Of a stretch of DNA of 64,000 nt, positions 1 through 9,493 are shown one piece after another (positions within the stretch are counted from its first letter, which is position 1; every line of letters starts with the position of its first letter). A program made the translations under genes and the position numbers. Under the pieces are notes generated by a model, which ran no database searches, was not told where the DNA came from, and saw nothing but the letters and a program-made list of their open reading frames with translations. Where the stretch lies: positions 1-64,000 of IMG/VR virus record IMGVR_UViG_3300048851_000098; one strand, written 5' to 3'. Source of the stretch: a virus.

Positions 1-2022
1 GCTTCGGGCACTTATACCGGCGGTTACACACTTGCTCAAACTTCGCTAATTGCTGACGATAATAGAGCAGTTCTGTTGAATGGTTCTACTGGCTATGTCA
101 GAGCTGCTGATCGAGCCGCTTTTGATCTTGGCGATGTATTTACGCTCGAAGCATGGGTTCAGCTTACTGCTCTTCCGAGAAGCGGCGCCGTCGCTGTAGT
201 AGTAGATAAGGGGGCACAAGCTTATATTTTGCGAATTGAGCCTGATGGCTCATTGATCCTTCGTCGCAACAGTGTTCTGAATATTTGCACGGCAACTGTA
301 AGACTCGCTGCTGGCAATAAGTATCACATCTTTATTACAAAGAGTGGTGCGACTGTAAGAATGTTCGTGAATGGTGTTGATGTGACTGGAACAGTCACAA
401 ACAGCACCATGCAGAACACCGCTATCGAGTTCAATATCGGCTCTGCTGATGCTGGATCAACAGGCAATATGCTCGGCGGTGTAGTTGATGAAGTAGCTGT
501 TTATTCGACGGCACTCTCATCTACGCGAGCCGCTGCTCACTATGCCGCCGGAACAAGTTCTGGTCCTGTAACAGAACCAGTAACGGCTGCGGGTACCGTC
601 GCTGGTGGCAATGCGCCTGTTGCGCGTGCGGGCGTAAATACTGCTGGCGCGATTGCTGGCGGAAATGCTCCAAGAGCGTATGCGTCTGTAGGCGTTGCGT
701 CTTCTGTTGCTTCAGCAAATAATCCAGTAGTCAGAACTGTTCTCATCGCCAGTGGAGCAACAGCCGGCGGAAACTCTCCTATCCTGCCGTTGACAGGATA
801 TGTGCGACGTTTCAATGGCACTTCATATATCAACATGCATATTGGTGCTGCCAATATCAATACTGATATTACGATTGCTATTCTCTTCCGTCCAGATAGC
901 ACATTTAACAGCGAAGAAGTTTTGTATGCGCCACATGTGAGCGCCTCACCTGTTGGTTATCAATATGAGAACGTTGCGCAAAAGATTGGCGTTTACAACG
1001 GCTCTACTCTGAATTCGCAGCCAACATCGACACTTGTTGCAAATAGATGGATTATTGGTGTAATTGCTAAAAGAGCTGGAACAGCAAGAGTTCAATATCA
1101 TACTTATGATTTTGCTTCAGCTAGATGGCTTCACGAAGAATCTACTGGTACTTTTAACTCTCCTGGCGCTAGTAGCCCAACCCATGTGAGAATTGGTCTT
1201 TGGGGATCGCAATTCGGGTTTAGCGGTGACATGATGGCTGCCGCTGTTTGGGCTTCTGTGTTGCCGGATTCAGTTGTCGAAGAATTGACAAGAAGAACTT
1301 CGATTGAAGAATGGGCAAATGTAGACAGTCCTGTAGCACTCTGGCTTTTCAGACAGTCTGATGTAGCAGAGCTTGTTGACGATCTTGTTGGCACTTCGGA
1401 TCAATGGAACGCTCAAAGCGGAACTGTTGCAGTAAATGACGTACTCCCAATGCCGTACGAGGCAACCGGTGTGGTGGTACCGGTCGGGAGATCTACGGCT
1501 GGCGGCAATTCTGTTTCGGCGCTCGCTAGAGCTTCGATTGGCGCTTCTACTGCGGGTGGCATTGCCCCTGTACCAGTCGCGAGAAGTACAGAGACAGTTC
1601 CCTTCGCAGGTGCCATTGCAGGCGCTCAGCAGCCAAGAGCCAGAGTCATCATGTCTATTGGTGGAGCGCTCGCGCAGACGACCTCACCAAGACCCGCTTC
1701 GTCGCTCGTAGCAGGATCTTCTACAGCAAGAGGAATCGCTCCGGTTCCGTTCTATATCGCGCTGATCCCGAGCGCGGGCGCTGTTGCTGGATTCTTCACT
1801 GTGACGCCGGTTCTGCCTGGCGCACCAGTAGGCGCGAAGAGCGGAAAGCTGAGAATCGTTATCCCCTTCTCCGATCACAGAGTTGTGGTCGATGAAGTGG
1901 AAAATCCGAAACTGGTGGTTGCTACCAACACGTCGAGTACCGTCACAATTCTCCCTGTTGGTTACAATCGACTCGTCGTCTACACCCTCGAAGGTTTGAA
2001 AGTAACGGTGGATGAAGACTAA
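1..2022 (+). CDS. LamG/concanavalin-A-like double-domain virion fibre protein (5'-truncated)
   Basis: Frame is open from base 1 (ASGTYTGG...). Two LamG-like domains (FTLEAWV...GVVDEVAVY; ITIAILFR...GDMMAAAVW) separated by AGGNAP-type repeats. Confidence 0.75.
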   Translation, partial: ASGTYTGGYTLAQTSLIADDNRAVLLNGSTGYVRAADRAAFDLGDVFTLEAWVQLTALPRSGAVAVVVDKGAQAYILRIEPDGSLILRRNSVLNICTATVRLAAGNKYHIFITKSGATVRMFVNGVDVTGTVTNSTMQNTAIEFNIGSADAGSTGNMLGGVVDEVAVYSTALSSTRAAAHYAAGTSSGPVTEPVTAAGTVAGGNAPVARAGVNTAGAIAGGNAPRAYASVGVASSVASANNPVVRTVLIASGATAGGNSPILPLTGYVRRFNGTSYINMHIGAANINTDITIAILFRPDSTFNSEEVLYAPHVSASPVGYQYENVAQKIGVYNGSTLNSQPTSTLVANRWIIGVIAKRAGTARVQYHTYDFASARWLHEESTGTFNSPGASSPTHVRIGLWGSQFGFSGDMMAAAVWASVLPDSVVEELTRRTSIEEWANVDSPVALWLFRQSDVAELVDDLVGTSDQWNAQSGTVAVNDVLPMPYEATGVVVPVGRSTAGGNSVSALARASIGASTAGGIAPVPVARSTETVPFAGAIAGAQQPRARVIMSIGGALAQTTSPRPASSLVAGSSTARGIAPVPFYIALIPSAGAVAGFFTVTPVLPGAPVGAKSGKLRIVIPFSDHRVVVDEVENPKLVVATNTSSTVTILPVGYNRLVVYTLEGLKVTVDED

Positions 2023-2351
2023 TGGCATTCAAGATGAAGCGACACGATACGCTCCCAAATCTTCCGTTTCAGATTTTCGAACCTGACGGAACTACTCCAC
2101 TTGATCTGGCAAATGCAACGGATGTTTATCTTGCTGTCAGATACAAGAGAGATCTTACAGTTTTGTTCAAGAATAGAACAGTTATCGATGATGAGGTAAA
2201 TGGTATTGGTCATTACTCATGGTCTGGCGCTGATACCATTGAAGAAGGCGAATATCAGTACGAGTTTGAAATTCAATGGGCTGATGGAAATATTCAGACA
2301 GTTCCCGTCGATTCGTACCTTGATCTGATCATCATCAGCGATATTGCATAA
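2022..2351 (+). CDS. BppU-like baseplate upper protein N-terminal domain
   Basis: MKRHDTLP..F...DGTTPLDLANAT...GIGHYSW...EGEYQYEFEIQW.DG..QTVP pattern. Confidence 0.75.
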   Translation: MAFKMKRHDTLPNLPFQIFEPDGTTPLDLANATDVYLAVRYKRDLTVLFKNRTVIDDEVNGIGHYSWSGADTIEEGEYQYEFEIQWADGNIQTVPVDSYLDLIIISDIA

Positions 2352-2376
2352 TCTCGCAAGACGTAATATTGCATAG

Positions 2377-2409
2377 AAAAAGCCCCGAATAACCGGGGCT
2401 TTTTCTTTT
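2377..2409. terminator. Bidirectional intrinsic terminator
   Basis: aaaaagccccg-aataac-cggggcttttt between convergent genes. Confidence 0.85.
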
Positions 2410-2423
2410 GCTACTTGGAAGTC

Positions 2424-2684
2424 TTATCGATTGCCGGCGAGCTGCGCCAAGTCCTCGCCGAAGAAGAGATCGCGGTCCATTCGTGCGCGGACTTCTTCAG
2501 CAGTCAGGCCCGACGCCTCAGAGAGATTTTCCACGCTCTGACCATTTCGTACTGCCTGGCGCAAAGCGATTGTCAATTCGTCCTGACGCTTCAGCTCACT
2601 GATCGATGCCTGGATGGCGCGATCACGCAGCGTCGCCACGATTTCAAGTTCTGCTTCGAAAGGGCTGTTGTACTTGTGGCTCAT
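2424..2684 (-). CDS. Small helical protein, probable HTH DNA-binding regulator
   Basis: 86 aa; ALRQAVRNGQSVENLSEASGLTAEEVR is HTH-like; ends at the terminator. Confidence 0.55.
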   Translation of the reverse strand: MSHKYNSPFEAELEIVATLRDRAIQASISELKRQDELTIALRQAVRNGQSVENLSEASGLTAEEVRARMDRDLFFGEDLAQLAGNR

Positions 2685-2817
2685 GGTGGATCACCTTCTT
2701 TCTCATCGCCTGTAGCAAATATATCCGATTCAGCAAGAGTGTGTGCGATAACAGGATAAACTTTTGGCGATTGTGCCAACCAAAATCTGAATACGACTGG
2801 TTATTATCAGTAGTCAG

Positions 2818-3045
2818 ATGGCAGCTATCAATTCTGTGGACGCAAAGCGACGCAGCCGTGAACCCCTCATTACAAACGGCCGCTTCATGACGTGCCCCCG
2901 TTGTCGGGTTCCGCAAGACATCCTCCGGTTCATTCCGATGGGCATGGTCGAAGAATTCAAAGAGGACACGATGCCGGTCTACAAGTGCCCTTCGTGTCGC
3001 TGGGTCTTTGCGCCCGCCCAAGAAATCCGAGAGGAGCGATTTTGA
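2818..3045 (+). CDS. Zn-ribbon protein
   Basis: CPRC and CPSC pairs; the start may instead be ATG 2887. Confidence 0.6.
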   Translation: MAAINSVDAKRRSREPLITNGRFMTCPRCRVPQDILRFIPMGMVEEFKEDTMPVYKCPSCRWVFAPAQEIREERF

Positions 3046-4571
3046 TCAATCCCGCGAAAATGTTGAATCTCTCTGATTGGGAGTTCGACGGGGATAGATC
3101 CGTTGCCGCTGTCGTTCTTGCTGGCGCCGAACAGCGCGAGGAGAACGGCTACGTCCTGAAGGAAATCCTTCGTACGGGCGAGTGGCCCGTGATCCCTACC
3201 GCTGCGGGCCTCATCAGAATGCCGCTGAGAATCGTGCGTGACGGCAGATCAGACTTCACAAGAGGTCTGATTGCAATGTCTGAGCTGGTGGAGAACTTCA
3301 ACAACGGGGCCATCCCCAACGTTCAGATCCCCCTCGCAGACAGAGCGCGTGACGATCACATCAGAGACGGCAACCTCGCGCGTGTAAATACAGGCTTCGT
3401 TCGTGAGGTCTGGATCGAGGATCAAGACGATGGCATTTCCAAGCTCGTCGCAAAGATGGAGTTCACCGAGCCTGACGTGAAGGAACGCGCTCTGCGCGGG
3501 ACCTTTGCAGATGTCAGTCCTGGGATTCCGTGGCGAGTGTTTTCACGGGGGAGAAGATACGGCGCGTGTCTTGAACACGTCTGCATTACCAATTCTCCGT
3601 TTCAGGATGGACTTGGACCTTTCCTCGCACTCAGCAACACTTTTTCTGAAGACGCTGAAGTTGCGTATTTCTCATCAGAAGCAGTAGTGGAGAGACTCGC
3701 TTCTGACGCAAACGTAGATATCACTCCCGCTGTCATTGACGCCGCACGAATTCTTGAAGCTGCTAACGAGCAGCTTTCTGCAATTCTCGGTTCCAGCTTC
3801 AGAGTTGAGTCAATTCGGGCTGGTGGATTCTATGTTGCAAATGAGAATCTGAATATGTCATGGCTGATTCCATTCAAAGTGGAAGACAGCAAGACAGTAA
3901 TTTCTTCTGTTGATCAGTGGGTTTCTCAGGAAGTAAGAGAGCCAACTGAGAGAAGAGAAACAGAAGAAGAAATAAGAAGAGACGAACCAGTTGAAGAAAG
4001 AAGAGATACTGCTGACGTAGTAAGTATCACTCCTATTTCCGATCTGGATGCGGCTCGTCAGCTCCGTCAGGCTCGATTGGGCCTTTCGGGATCGGTATCC
4101 CCTACAGAGGAGGGCCACGTGCCACTTTCTGCCGAGGAACTGAGCCAGCTCAATCTTTCGGAAATCCCCGAGAGCCAGCGAGCTGTGTTTCAGAAGCTCC
4201 TCAATGAAAACGTGACGCTTTCTGCTCAGACTCGTGAAATCGAGGCAGATCAGCGTATTAGAGAGCTTGAAGGGCTGGGCCTGAGAGATCGTCCCGGCGC
4301 TCTGAAGCTTTACCGCCAGGTGATGCTCAGCGATGACAGCGGTCCTGCTGTTGTTCTTCTGAGCGACAACGGTCAGAACGAAAGAACTCTTACTGCACGT
4401 GAGATTCTTGACCAGTTCATCGACGCCGTAAAGGGTGCCGATGGCAAGGTTCTTCTGAGCGATCAGGCAATTGCATCAGGAAATGACGACAGACCTGCCG
4501 CCACTCCTGATGGCGAGAGAAAGTCCCTTGAAGAGCGTCTTGCGGAAGCAAGAGAAGCGCTCCAAAAGTAA
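3042..4571 (+). CDS. Prohead protease/scaffold protein (Mu gpI-like)
   Basis: TTG 3042 after GAGGAG; ILRTGEW...FADVSPGI...LEHVCITNSPF..GLGPF, then an acidic coiled-coil scaffold; lies before decoration and capsid genes. Confidence 0.75.
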   Translation: MINPAKMLNLSDWEFDGDRSVAAVVLAGAEQREENGYVLKEILRTGEWPVIPTAAGLIRMPLRIVRDGRSDFTRGLIAMSELVENFNNGAIPNVQIPLADRARDDHIRDGNLARVNTGFVREVWIEDQDDGISKLVAKMEFTEPDVKERALRGTFADVSPGIPWRVFSRGRRYGACLEHVCITNSPFQDGLGPFLALSNTFSEDAEVAYFSSEAVVERLASDANVDITPAVIDAARILEAANEQLSAILGSSFRVESIRAGGFYVANENLNMSWLIPFKVEDSKTVISSVDQWVSQEVREPTERRETEEEIRRDEPVEERRDTADVVSITPISDLDAARQLRQARLGLSGSVSPTEEGHVPLSAEELSQLNLSEIPESQRAVFQKLLNENVTLSAQTREIEADQRIRELEGLGLRDRPGALKLYRQVMLSDDSGPAVVLLSDNGQNERTLTAREILDQFIDAVKGADGKVLLSDQAIASGNDDRPAATPDGERKSLEERLAEAREALQK

Positions 4572-4587
4572 GAGAGGAGGGTAACAA

Positions 4588-4989
4588 ATGCCATTTGGTC
4601 ATACAACAAATTGGGAACGTCAAACCCTCCCGAAGCCTGAAATTCTGAGCTACCCGCTCGAAACGACCGTTATTGACTCGATTGTTGTTCACGCTTCTGG
4701 CGTGACAGCGGATCAGAGCGGTCCATACGAGGGACGCCGTTACCTGCTTGCAGGAACAATTCTCTCGAAGCGAAACGACAATCTGTACGAGCGTTTCGCA
4801 AGTGCTTCGGGTCAGAACGTTGCTGGCATTCTTTTCGACACTATCGAGTTTGCCGATAACACTGCTGTCAGCAATGAGCCAGTTGCAATGGTTCGTCGCA
4901 ATGTCTCTTTCAAGGCAGACAGAATCGTTGATTACAACACCTACAGAACCGCACTGAGAGATAATCTCACTACGTGCGAATTTATCTAA
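4588..4989 (+). CDS. Head decoration protein
   Basis: 133 aa, LLAGTILSK...AGILF motif, directly before the capsid gene. Confidence 0.75.
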   Translation: MPFGHTTNWERQTLPKPEILSYPLETTVIDSIVVHASGVTADQSGPYEGRRYLLAGTILSKRNDNLYERFASASGQNVAGILFDTIEFADNTAVSNEPVAMVRRNVSFKADRIVDYNTYRTALRDNLTTCEFI

Positions 4990-5009
4990 GAGAGGGGGTG
5001 AAGAACTAA

Positions 5010-6071
5010 ATGCCAAGATTCAATATTTACGATCAAGCGGTCCTTACCCGCGTCGTGAATGAGGATGTCGATACTGCGCTGGAAAGAGCACCTTTCCTTG
5101 GTGAGCAGATCGCGCCTACCGTCCAGATTCAGTCCCGTATGGCTCGAATGGATATCGGCCGTACATACGCTTTCGGTATGGGTCAGTTCAAGGCACCGAA
5201 CGCGATGCCACCGCTGATCGAGATGCCGACCGTCGAGCGTAGAGAGGCACTGATTGAGCTGGTCCAGCTCGAAGAGATGCACCGCATCAATTCCGAGCAG
5301 TGGATTCGTCTCAACTCTTCTGACGAGAACATCGTCAACGCTGAAGGTCTGGAAGTGGTTACACGCGGACAGATTCTCCGTCGCCGTTTGGAGCGTCTGA
5401 GCGAGTGGATGCGTTGGCAGGTGTTTGTGAACGGTACGCTGACTATCACGTACCCGCGCACAAATGCTCAGCTTTTCATCGATTACGGTTGGCTGCCAGG
5501 TCACAAGCCGGTTCCGTCTACGGATTGGGACGATTGGAACAACAGCAGACCTGTTGATGACATCGACGGGTGGCAGCAGCTTATGGCGGCTGACTCTGGC
5601 TACTTGGGCACGGTGATTCACCTTACCTCGTACCAGGCGAAGAACATCATCAACAGCGCATCGATCAAGGGATACTTCAATGTCCCTTCCGGGCAGGCGT
5701 TCCGCGCCACACTGGATCAGGTCGCTTCGCTGCTCGCCGAGGGAACTCGGTTCGTTGTACACGATGGTGGTTTCCGTCCGATGGCATCCGGCGCAGCGCG
5801 CGATGAGGCAGCTCACACGCGCTACCTGCCGAGAGACAAGGTAATCATCACGACCGATTATCAGGTGGAAGGCGAGAACATCGCTGACACTCTGAACGGT
5901 CAGATGGAAATCTCGTCTGCCTACAACGAGACAAGCATTCAGCAGGGACCTTTGTCTGAGGTCATTCTCGACCACATGACAAAGAACCGTTACCTGCGTA
6001 CGGGCGCTGCGCGAATCGTTCGCGTTATCCACCCTGAGTGCTTCATCTCGGCAAGAGTCGAAGGCAACTAA
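5010..6071 (+). CDS. Major capsid protein (lambda gpE-like, HK97 fold)
   Basis: 353 aa; RRRLERLSEWMRWQVF..G and HKPVPSTDW motifs; strong RBS. Confidence 0.85.
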   Translation: MPRFNIYDQAVLTRVVNEDVDTALERAPFLGEQIAPTVQIQSRMARMDIGRTYAFGMGQFKAPNAMPPLIEMPTVERREALIELVQLEEMHRINSEQWIRLNSSDENIVNAEGLEVVTRGQILRRRLERLSEWMRWQVFVNGTLTITYPRTNAQLFIDYGWLPGHKPVPSTDWDDWNNSRPVDDIDGWQQLMAADSGYLGTVIHLTSYQAKNIINSASIKGYFNVPSGQAFRATLDQVASLLAEGTRFVVHDGGFRPMASGAARDEAAHTRYLPRDKVIITTDYQVEGENIADTLNGQMEISSAYNETSIQQGPLSEVILDHMTKNRYLRTGAARIVRVIHPECFISARVEGN

Positions 6072-6088
6072 GGAAAGGAGGGATAACC

Positions 6089-6733
6089 ATGGCTGATGCA
6101 TACAAGCTGAAGCAGGACGCTTCCCTCCCTCGTGTCCTTCGCTATGTGAAGGCCGCTGACGGTAGCGATATCGAGGAGACGACTGGTCAGGCTTACGCGA
6201 AGGGCGATTACGTCCTCGCGTCGGCTATGACTGATCGTGACCGCGAGCGTGCAGAAAACGGTGATCTCGACCACATTCTGGAAGAGTCCACTGTGGAGGA
6301 GGCACAGCAGGCATGGGCCGAGGCCGGCGCCGCTGGTGTCTTTATTCCCGAGCACGAGGTAGAGCGCTACGCCCTGCTCGATGCCGGCCACGTTGTTGTT
6401 GAACGTGATCAGGTACTTGAGCTTCGCGCTGCGGGTGCTGAGGCATTTGCCGAGGCATTCGAGGCGTCGGGGGCCGCTGGCGATCCGTCACCGGGAGTGA
6501 CTGAGCAGGCTTCTTTCCAGGAAGTCTCATCGATCAACTCTCCCGATCCGGTTCTCCCAACAGAGACGCCCGAGCCCCTTTCCGCAGAGGTAGTGGAAAA
6601 GAGCGGTGTCGAGCAACCTCCGGGAATTCCGGTTGGACCTACGCTGGCAAAGGCTGAGGGAGCATCTGAATCGAGACTCGACAAGCTGTCGCGTCGCACG
6701 CGCCAGAAGCCGGGATCGAGAGACAGAGAGTAA
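6089..6733 (+). CDS. Hypothetical acidic virion-associated protein
   Basis: ATG 6089 after AAGGAGG; between capsid and adaptor genes. Confidence 0.6.
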   Translation: MADAYKLKQDASLPRVLRYVKAADGSDIEETTGQAYAKGDYVLASAMTDRDRERAENGDLDHILEESTVEEAQQAWAEAGAAGVFIPEHEVERYALLDAGHVVVERDQVLELRAAGAEAFAEAFEASGAAGDPSPGVTEQASFQEVSSINSPDPVLPTETPEPLSAEVVEKSGVEQPPGIPVGPTLAKAEGASESRLDKLSRRTRQKPGSRDRE

Positions 6734-6736
6734 GTC

Positions 6737-7240
6737 GTGGCTGTTGAGGGAGCCATCGCCGATCGAGTACGGGGAATCCTCCCCGTCACTTGGGATGCGC
6801 TTATTGCTGATAGACGCTACGGCGATGCGCTCCTTCGCAATTCCATCGATACCGTAAAAGAAACTGTATTTGGCGTAGTTGTACTTCCACAACTCGAAGC
6901 TGCATATCCGTTGATTGTTATTGACTATGTGGCAAAGCTGTGTGCAATCGAACTGATTACACCGGCTATCGACTACTGGATGGATGAGCCGTATCAAATC
7001 AGTCAAAGCGGTAGCGGTAACGAAGTCACAACTTCATCTGAAAAAGCAGACAGACTTCGACAACTGCGTGAAGATTTGCTGAGACAGACACGAGCATTGG
7101 AACCGATTGTTGGACCTTTGATCGGATTTAGACGAACTGCGCTCAAATCGCGACCTCGTTCAAGCACGATTGATGATCCGTTCCTGACCCCAGCATTGCA
7201 AGAATTCCCACGTCCATACAAAGTCACAGATCGATCATGA
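6737..7240 (+). CDS. Head-to-tail adaptor (putative)
   Basis: Position in head-tail module; helical 167 aa. Confidence 0.5.
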   Translation: MAVEGAIADRVRGILPVTWDALIADRRYGDALLRNSIDTVKETVFGVVVLPQLEAAYPLIVIDYVAKLCAIELITPAIDYWMDEPYQISQSGSGNEVTTSSEKADRLRQLREDLLRQTRALEPIVGPLIGFRRTALKSRPRSSTIDDPFLTPALQEFPRPYKVTDRS

Positions 7241-7875
7241 TTACTGCGCCTTTGATTGGCATGGGAGATGTGCAACGCGCTGCGCTTTTGCAAATCTTCG
7301 ATAGTTTGAACAGTGTTGCACTTGAAGTAAATCAAGCATATGCGGCAGATGATGAGTTTACAGCAACTCGTCTCAGTCGTGAATATGTGCCAGTAACTAT
7401 TGAACCTGTAACAAATGAGAATTTCTACGAAGGTCATCATCCTTCACTGATCGAAGCAGCTATTGATCGTTATCCCTGCTGTTCTGCATGGGCAATGCGA
7501 GCAACACCTGCGGCTGGATCGGCTGCCAGTGATCACACAACGATCTACAACGACTTGTTGTATGTCGAAGTGATTGCAAAGGCTATTGAAGGCGAGACGA
7601 TGGTCAATCTCCGCATTCAGCGCATGGCAGAAGCAGTGAATATCTGCTTGATGAAAGATCCCACTCTCGGTGGTCGAGTAAGTGGGCTTCTTTCAGATCC
7701 AACGATCATTCTGTCGGATGTGCAAATTCGTAGAGAAAAGGTGCGATACGGAGATTCTTGGTACTGGCAAGCGGCACGACTCGAATATGCAGTTCGAAAG
7801 GACGCTTCCCAACCGCCATCAAGTCCGGGGCAGCTCTTTAGCGGGGGCCTCCCTTATGACATTGACCAAGCGTAG
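7237..7875 (+). CDS. Tail terminator/neck protein (putative)
   Basis: Position; RMAEAVNICLMKDPTLGGRV is typical of tail-completion proteins. Confidence 0.55.
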   Translation: MITAPLIGMGDVQRAALLQIFDSLNSVALEVNQAYAADDEFTATRLSREYVPVTIEPVTNENFYEGHHPSLIEAAIDRYPCCSAWAMRATPAAGSAASDHTTIYNDLLYVEVIAKAIEGETMVNLRIQRMAEAVNICLMKDPTLGGRVSGLLSDPTIILSDVQIRREKVRYGDSWYWQAARLEYAVRKDASQPPSSPGQLFSGGLPYDIDQA

Positions 7876-7884
7876 GTGCTCAAT

Positions 7885-8166
7885 ATGACTCAATACCAGA
7901 AGTGGGTACGAAATTCGAACCCGAACGATGGTGTTTCCGAAATAACTCTCGAAGACGGAAGCACACTCAGACAGGGAGTGCCGGTAAAGCTTTCTGCTGA
8001 AGATCGTAAGAAGTATGAGGCTCTTGGACTTGTATTCGAAGATTCTTCGGCTGCTGAGTCCAGAGAGGTTCTGAGAGAAATTGCTGATGAGCAAAAGGTC
8101 GGAAGAGACGTTCAAGGCACTGGCCCTGTGTTCAGCAGATCCGACGAAACAACCAGCGAAAAGTAA
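7885..8166 (+). CDS. Hypothetical protein
   Basis: ORF with AGGTG RBS before ATG 7885. Confidence 0.55.
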   Translation: MTQYQKWVRNSNPNDGVSEITLEDGSTLRQGVPVKLSAEDRKKYEALGLVFEDSSAAESREVLREIADEQKVGRDVQGTGPVFSRSDETTSEK

Positions 8167-8183
8167 GAGGGGGTGAATAGTAG

Positions 8184-8834
8184 ATGTCAGATTTCCATCG
8201 TACTTCGGTAAATGACCGAAGCTTTATCCGAGGCGCTGCCCGCCTTCTGATTGCTCCGATTAGCCAAGCACGTCCGACAAGAATTTCGGATGTGATTGCG
8301 CTTGCCTCTGCGTCAGGAGTGAATCTGTACGACGCTCAGACAGGTTGGACAGATCTCGGCGCTACTAAGACCGGCATTCAGATCACGATCAATAACGCTG
8401 AAGAGTCCTTCGACGTTGATCAGATCTACGGTGACATCAGCTCTGCCCCTACATCGTGGGAGTGCAGCGTTGGAACTCAGCTTGCTGAGATGACACCTGA
8501 GAAGATGCAGGTTGCGTGGGAAGGTTCCGCGATTACTCAGGAAGCGGACGCCAATTCGCCTTCTGGCTTTGAGCAGGAGATTGGTTTCGGTCAGCCAACT
8601 GCGTACACAGAGCGTCGTCTCGCGGTCCTGTTCCAGCGTCCGAACGGAAAGATCCGCGCGTATCTGTTCCACAAGGCGCAGCGCCAGCCGCAGGAGTCCA
8701 CGGTTACGCACGCCAAGACGGGTGAGCAGATTTCGATCCCGGTGCGATTCCGCGTCCTTGCCGACTCGACTCTGACGGATACCAAGAAGCGATTCTTCGT
8801 AATCCGTGACCAGTCTACGGAGGCAATGCCGTAA
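8184..8834 (+). CDS. Major tail tube protein
   Basis: GWTDLGATKTGIQITI...FDVDQ...TQLAEMT siphovirus tail-tube pattern; strong RBS. Confidence 0.8.
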   Translation: MSDFHRTSVNDRSFIRGAARLLIAPISQARPTRISDVIALASASGVNLYDAQTGWTDLGATKTGIQITINNAEESFDVDQIYGDISSAPTSWECSVGTQLAEMTPEKMQVAWEGSAITQEADANSPSGFEQEIGFGQPTAYTERRLAVLFQRPNGKIRAYLFHKAQRQPQESTVTHAKTGEQISIPVRFRVLADSTLTDTKKRFFVIRDQSTEAMP

Positions 8835-8853
8835 TCTGAATTGGTATATACTT

Positions 8854-8940
8854 GGCACACGTCGGAGTGACGCAAAGCGGCTTCGCGAGTTACCAGGCCA
8901 CCAAATGGGGCTCAAGGAAACCATGCCGCTTAGTTACCAA
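8854..8940 (+). promoter_or_regulatory. c-di-GMP-I (GEMM)-like riboswitch candidate, minimal form
   Basis: Blocks GGCACAC (8854), GACGCAAAGC (8869) and GCGAGTTACC (8885) in GEMM order; no GNRA tetraloop/receptor. Confidence 0.45.
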
Positions 8941-8948
8941 AATTCCAA

Positions 8949-8982
8949 GGAAGCCCGCCAGTACGGTGGGCTTCCTGTCGTT
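8949..8982 (+). terminator. Terminator-like hairpin after the tail tube gene
   Basis: 11-bp stem ggaagcccgcc/ggtgggcttcc with a weak U tract. Confidence 0.6.
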
Positions 8983-8990
8983 CCGGGGGA

Positions 8991-9482
8991 TTGATGGAAT
9001 TTCACGTCGAATCTGAAGGAATGTCAGATTTCACTGCGAGATTCCGCGCAATTAGAGAATTTCGCGAAGCCATCGAAGATCTGCTTCAACGAGCAGGTTT
9101 CAGCGCAACCGCATATATGCACCTGCACGTCCCGTATCACACAGGTGCGCTTTCATCTGCAATCAACTACAGCGATTCCAGATATGCACCCGGTGCGGCT
9201 GGCGGTGGTGGCTTTTACGAAGTGAATGTTGGAGTTGACGAGGCGATTGCTCCGCACGCAAGACACGTCATCAATGGCTCTGGTCTGTATGACGAAGCTT
9301 CACCGCATCTGATTTACCCACGTTCAAAGTCTGCAATGGTCTTTGAACAGCACGGACAGCGCATCTTTACGGCATACACGAGAGGTCAAAGACCGCGTCG
9401 TGAATGGTTCGAAGATGCACAAGAGTTGGCGAGCGACATCATCGCTCAAGGAATTCAATCACTCTCTTACCGCACGACCTGA
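8991..9482 (+). CDS. HK97 gp10-like neck/tail completion protein
   Basis: HVPYHTGALSSAI motif (P.dTG.L) and C-terminal GQRPRREWF. Confidence 0.7.
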   Translation: MMEFHVESEGMSDFTARFRAIREFREAIEDLLQRAGFSATAYMHLHVPYHTGALSSAINYSDSRYAPGAAGGGGFYEVNVGVDEAIAPHARHVINGSGLYDEASPHLIYPRSKSAMVFEQHGQRIFTAYTRGQRPRREWFEDAQELASDIIAQGIQSLSYRTT

Positions 9483-9493
9483 AAGAGGTTTTT

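Noticed and set aside
2839-2848. Second GACGCAAAGC (c-di-GMP-like core)
   Set aside because: The flanking GGCAAAC and GUUACC blocks and helices are not convincing, and it reads as coding sequence (DAK)
7873-7885. TAG readthrough joining ORFs 7237 and 7876 (same frame)
   Set aside because: The downstream gene has its own AGGTG RBS and ATG at 7885, so ordinary re-initiation explains it
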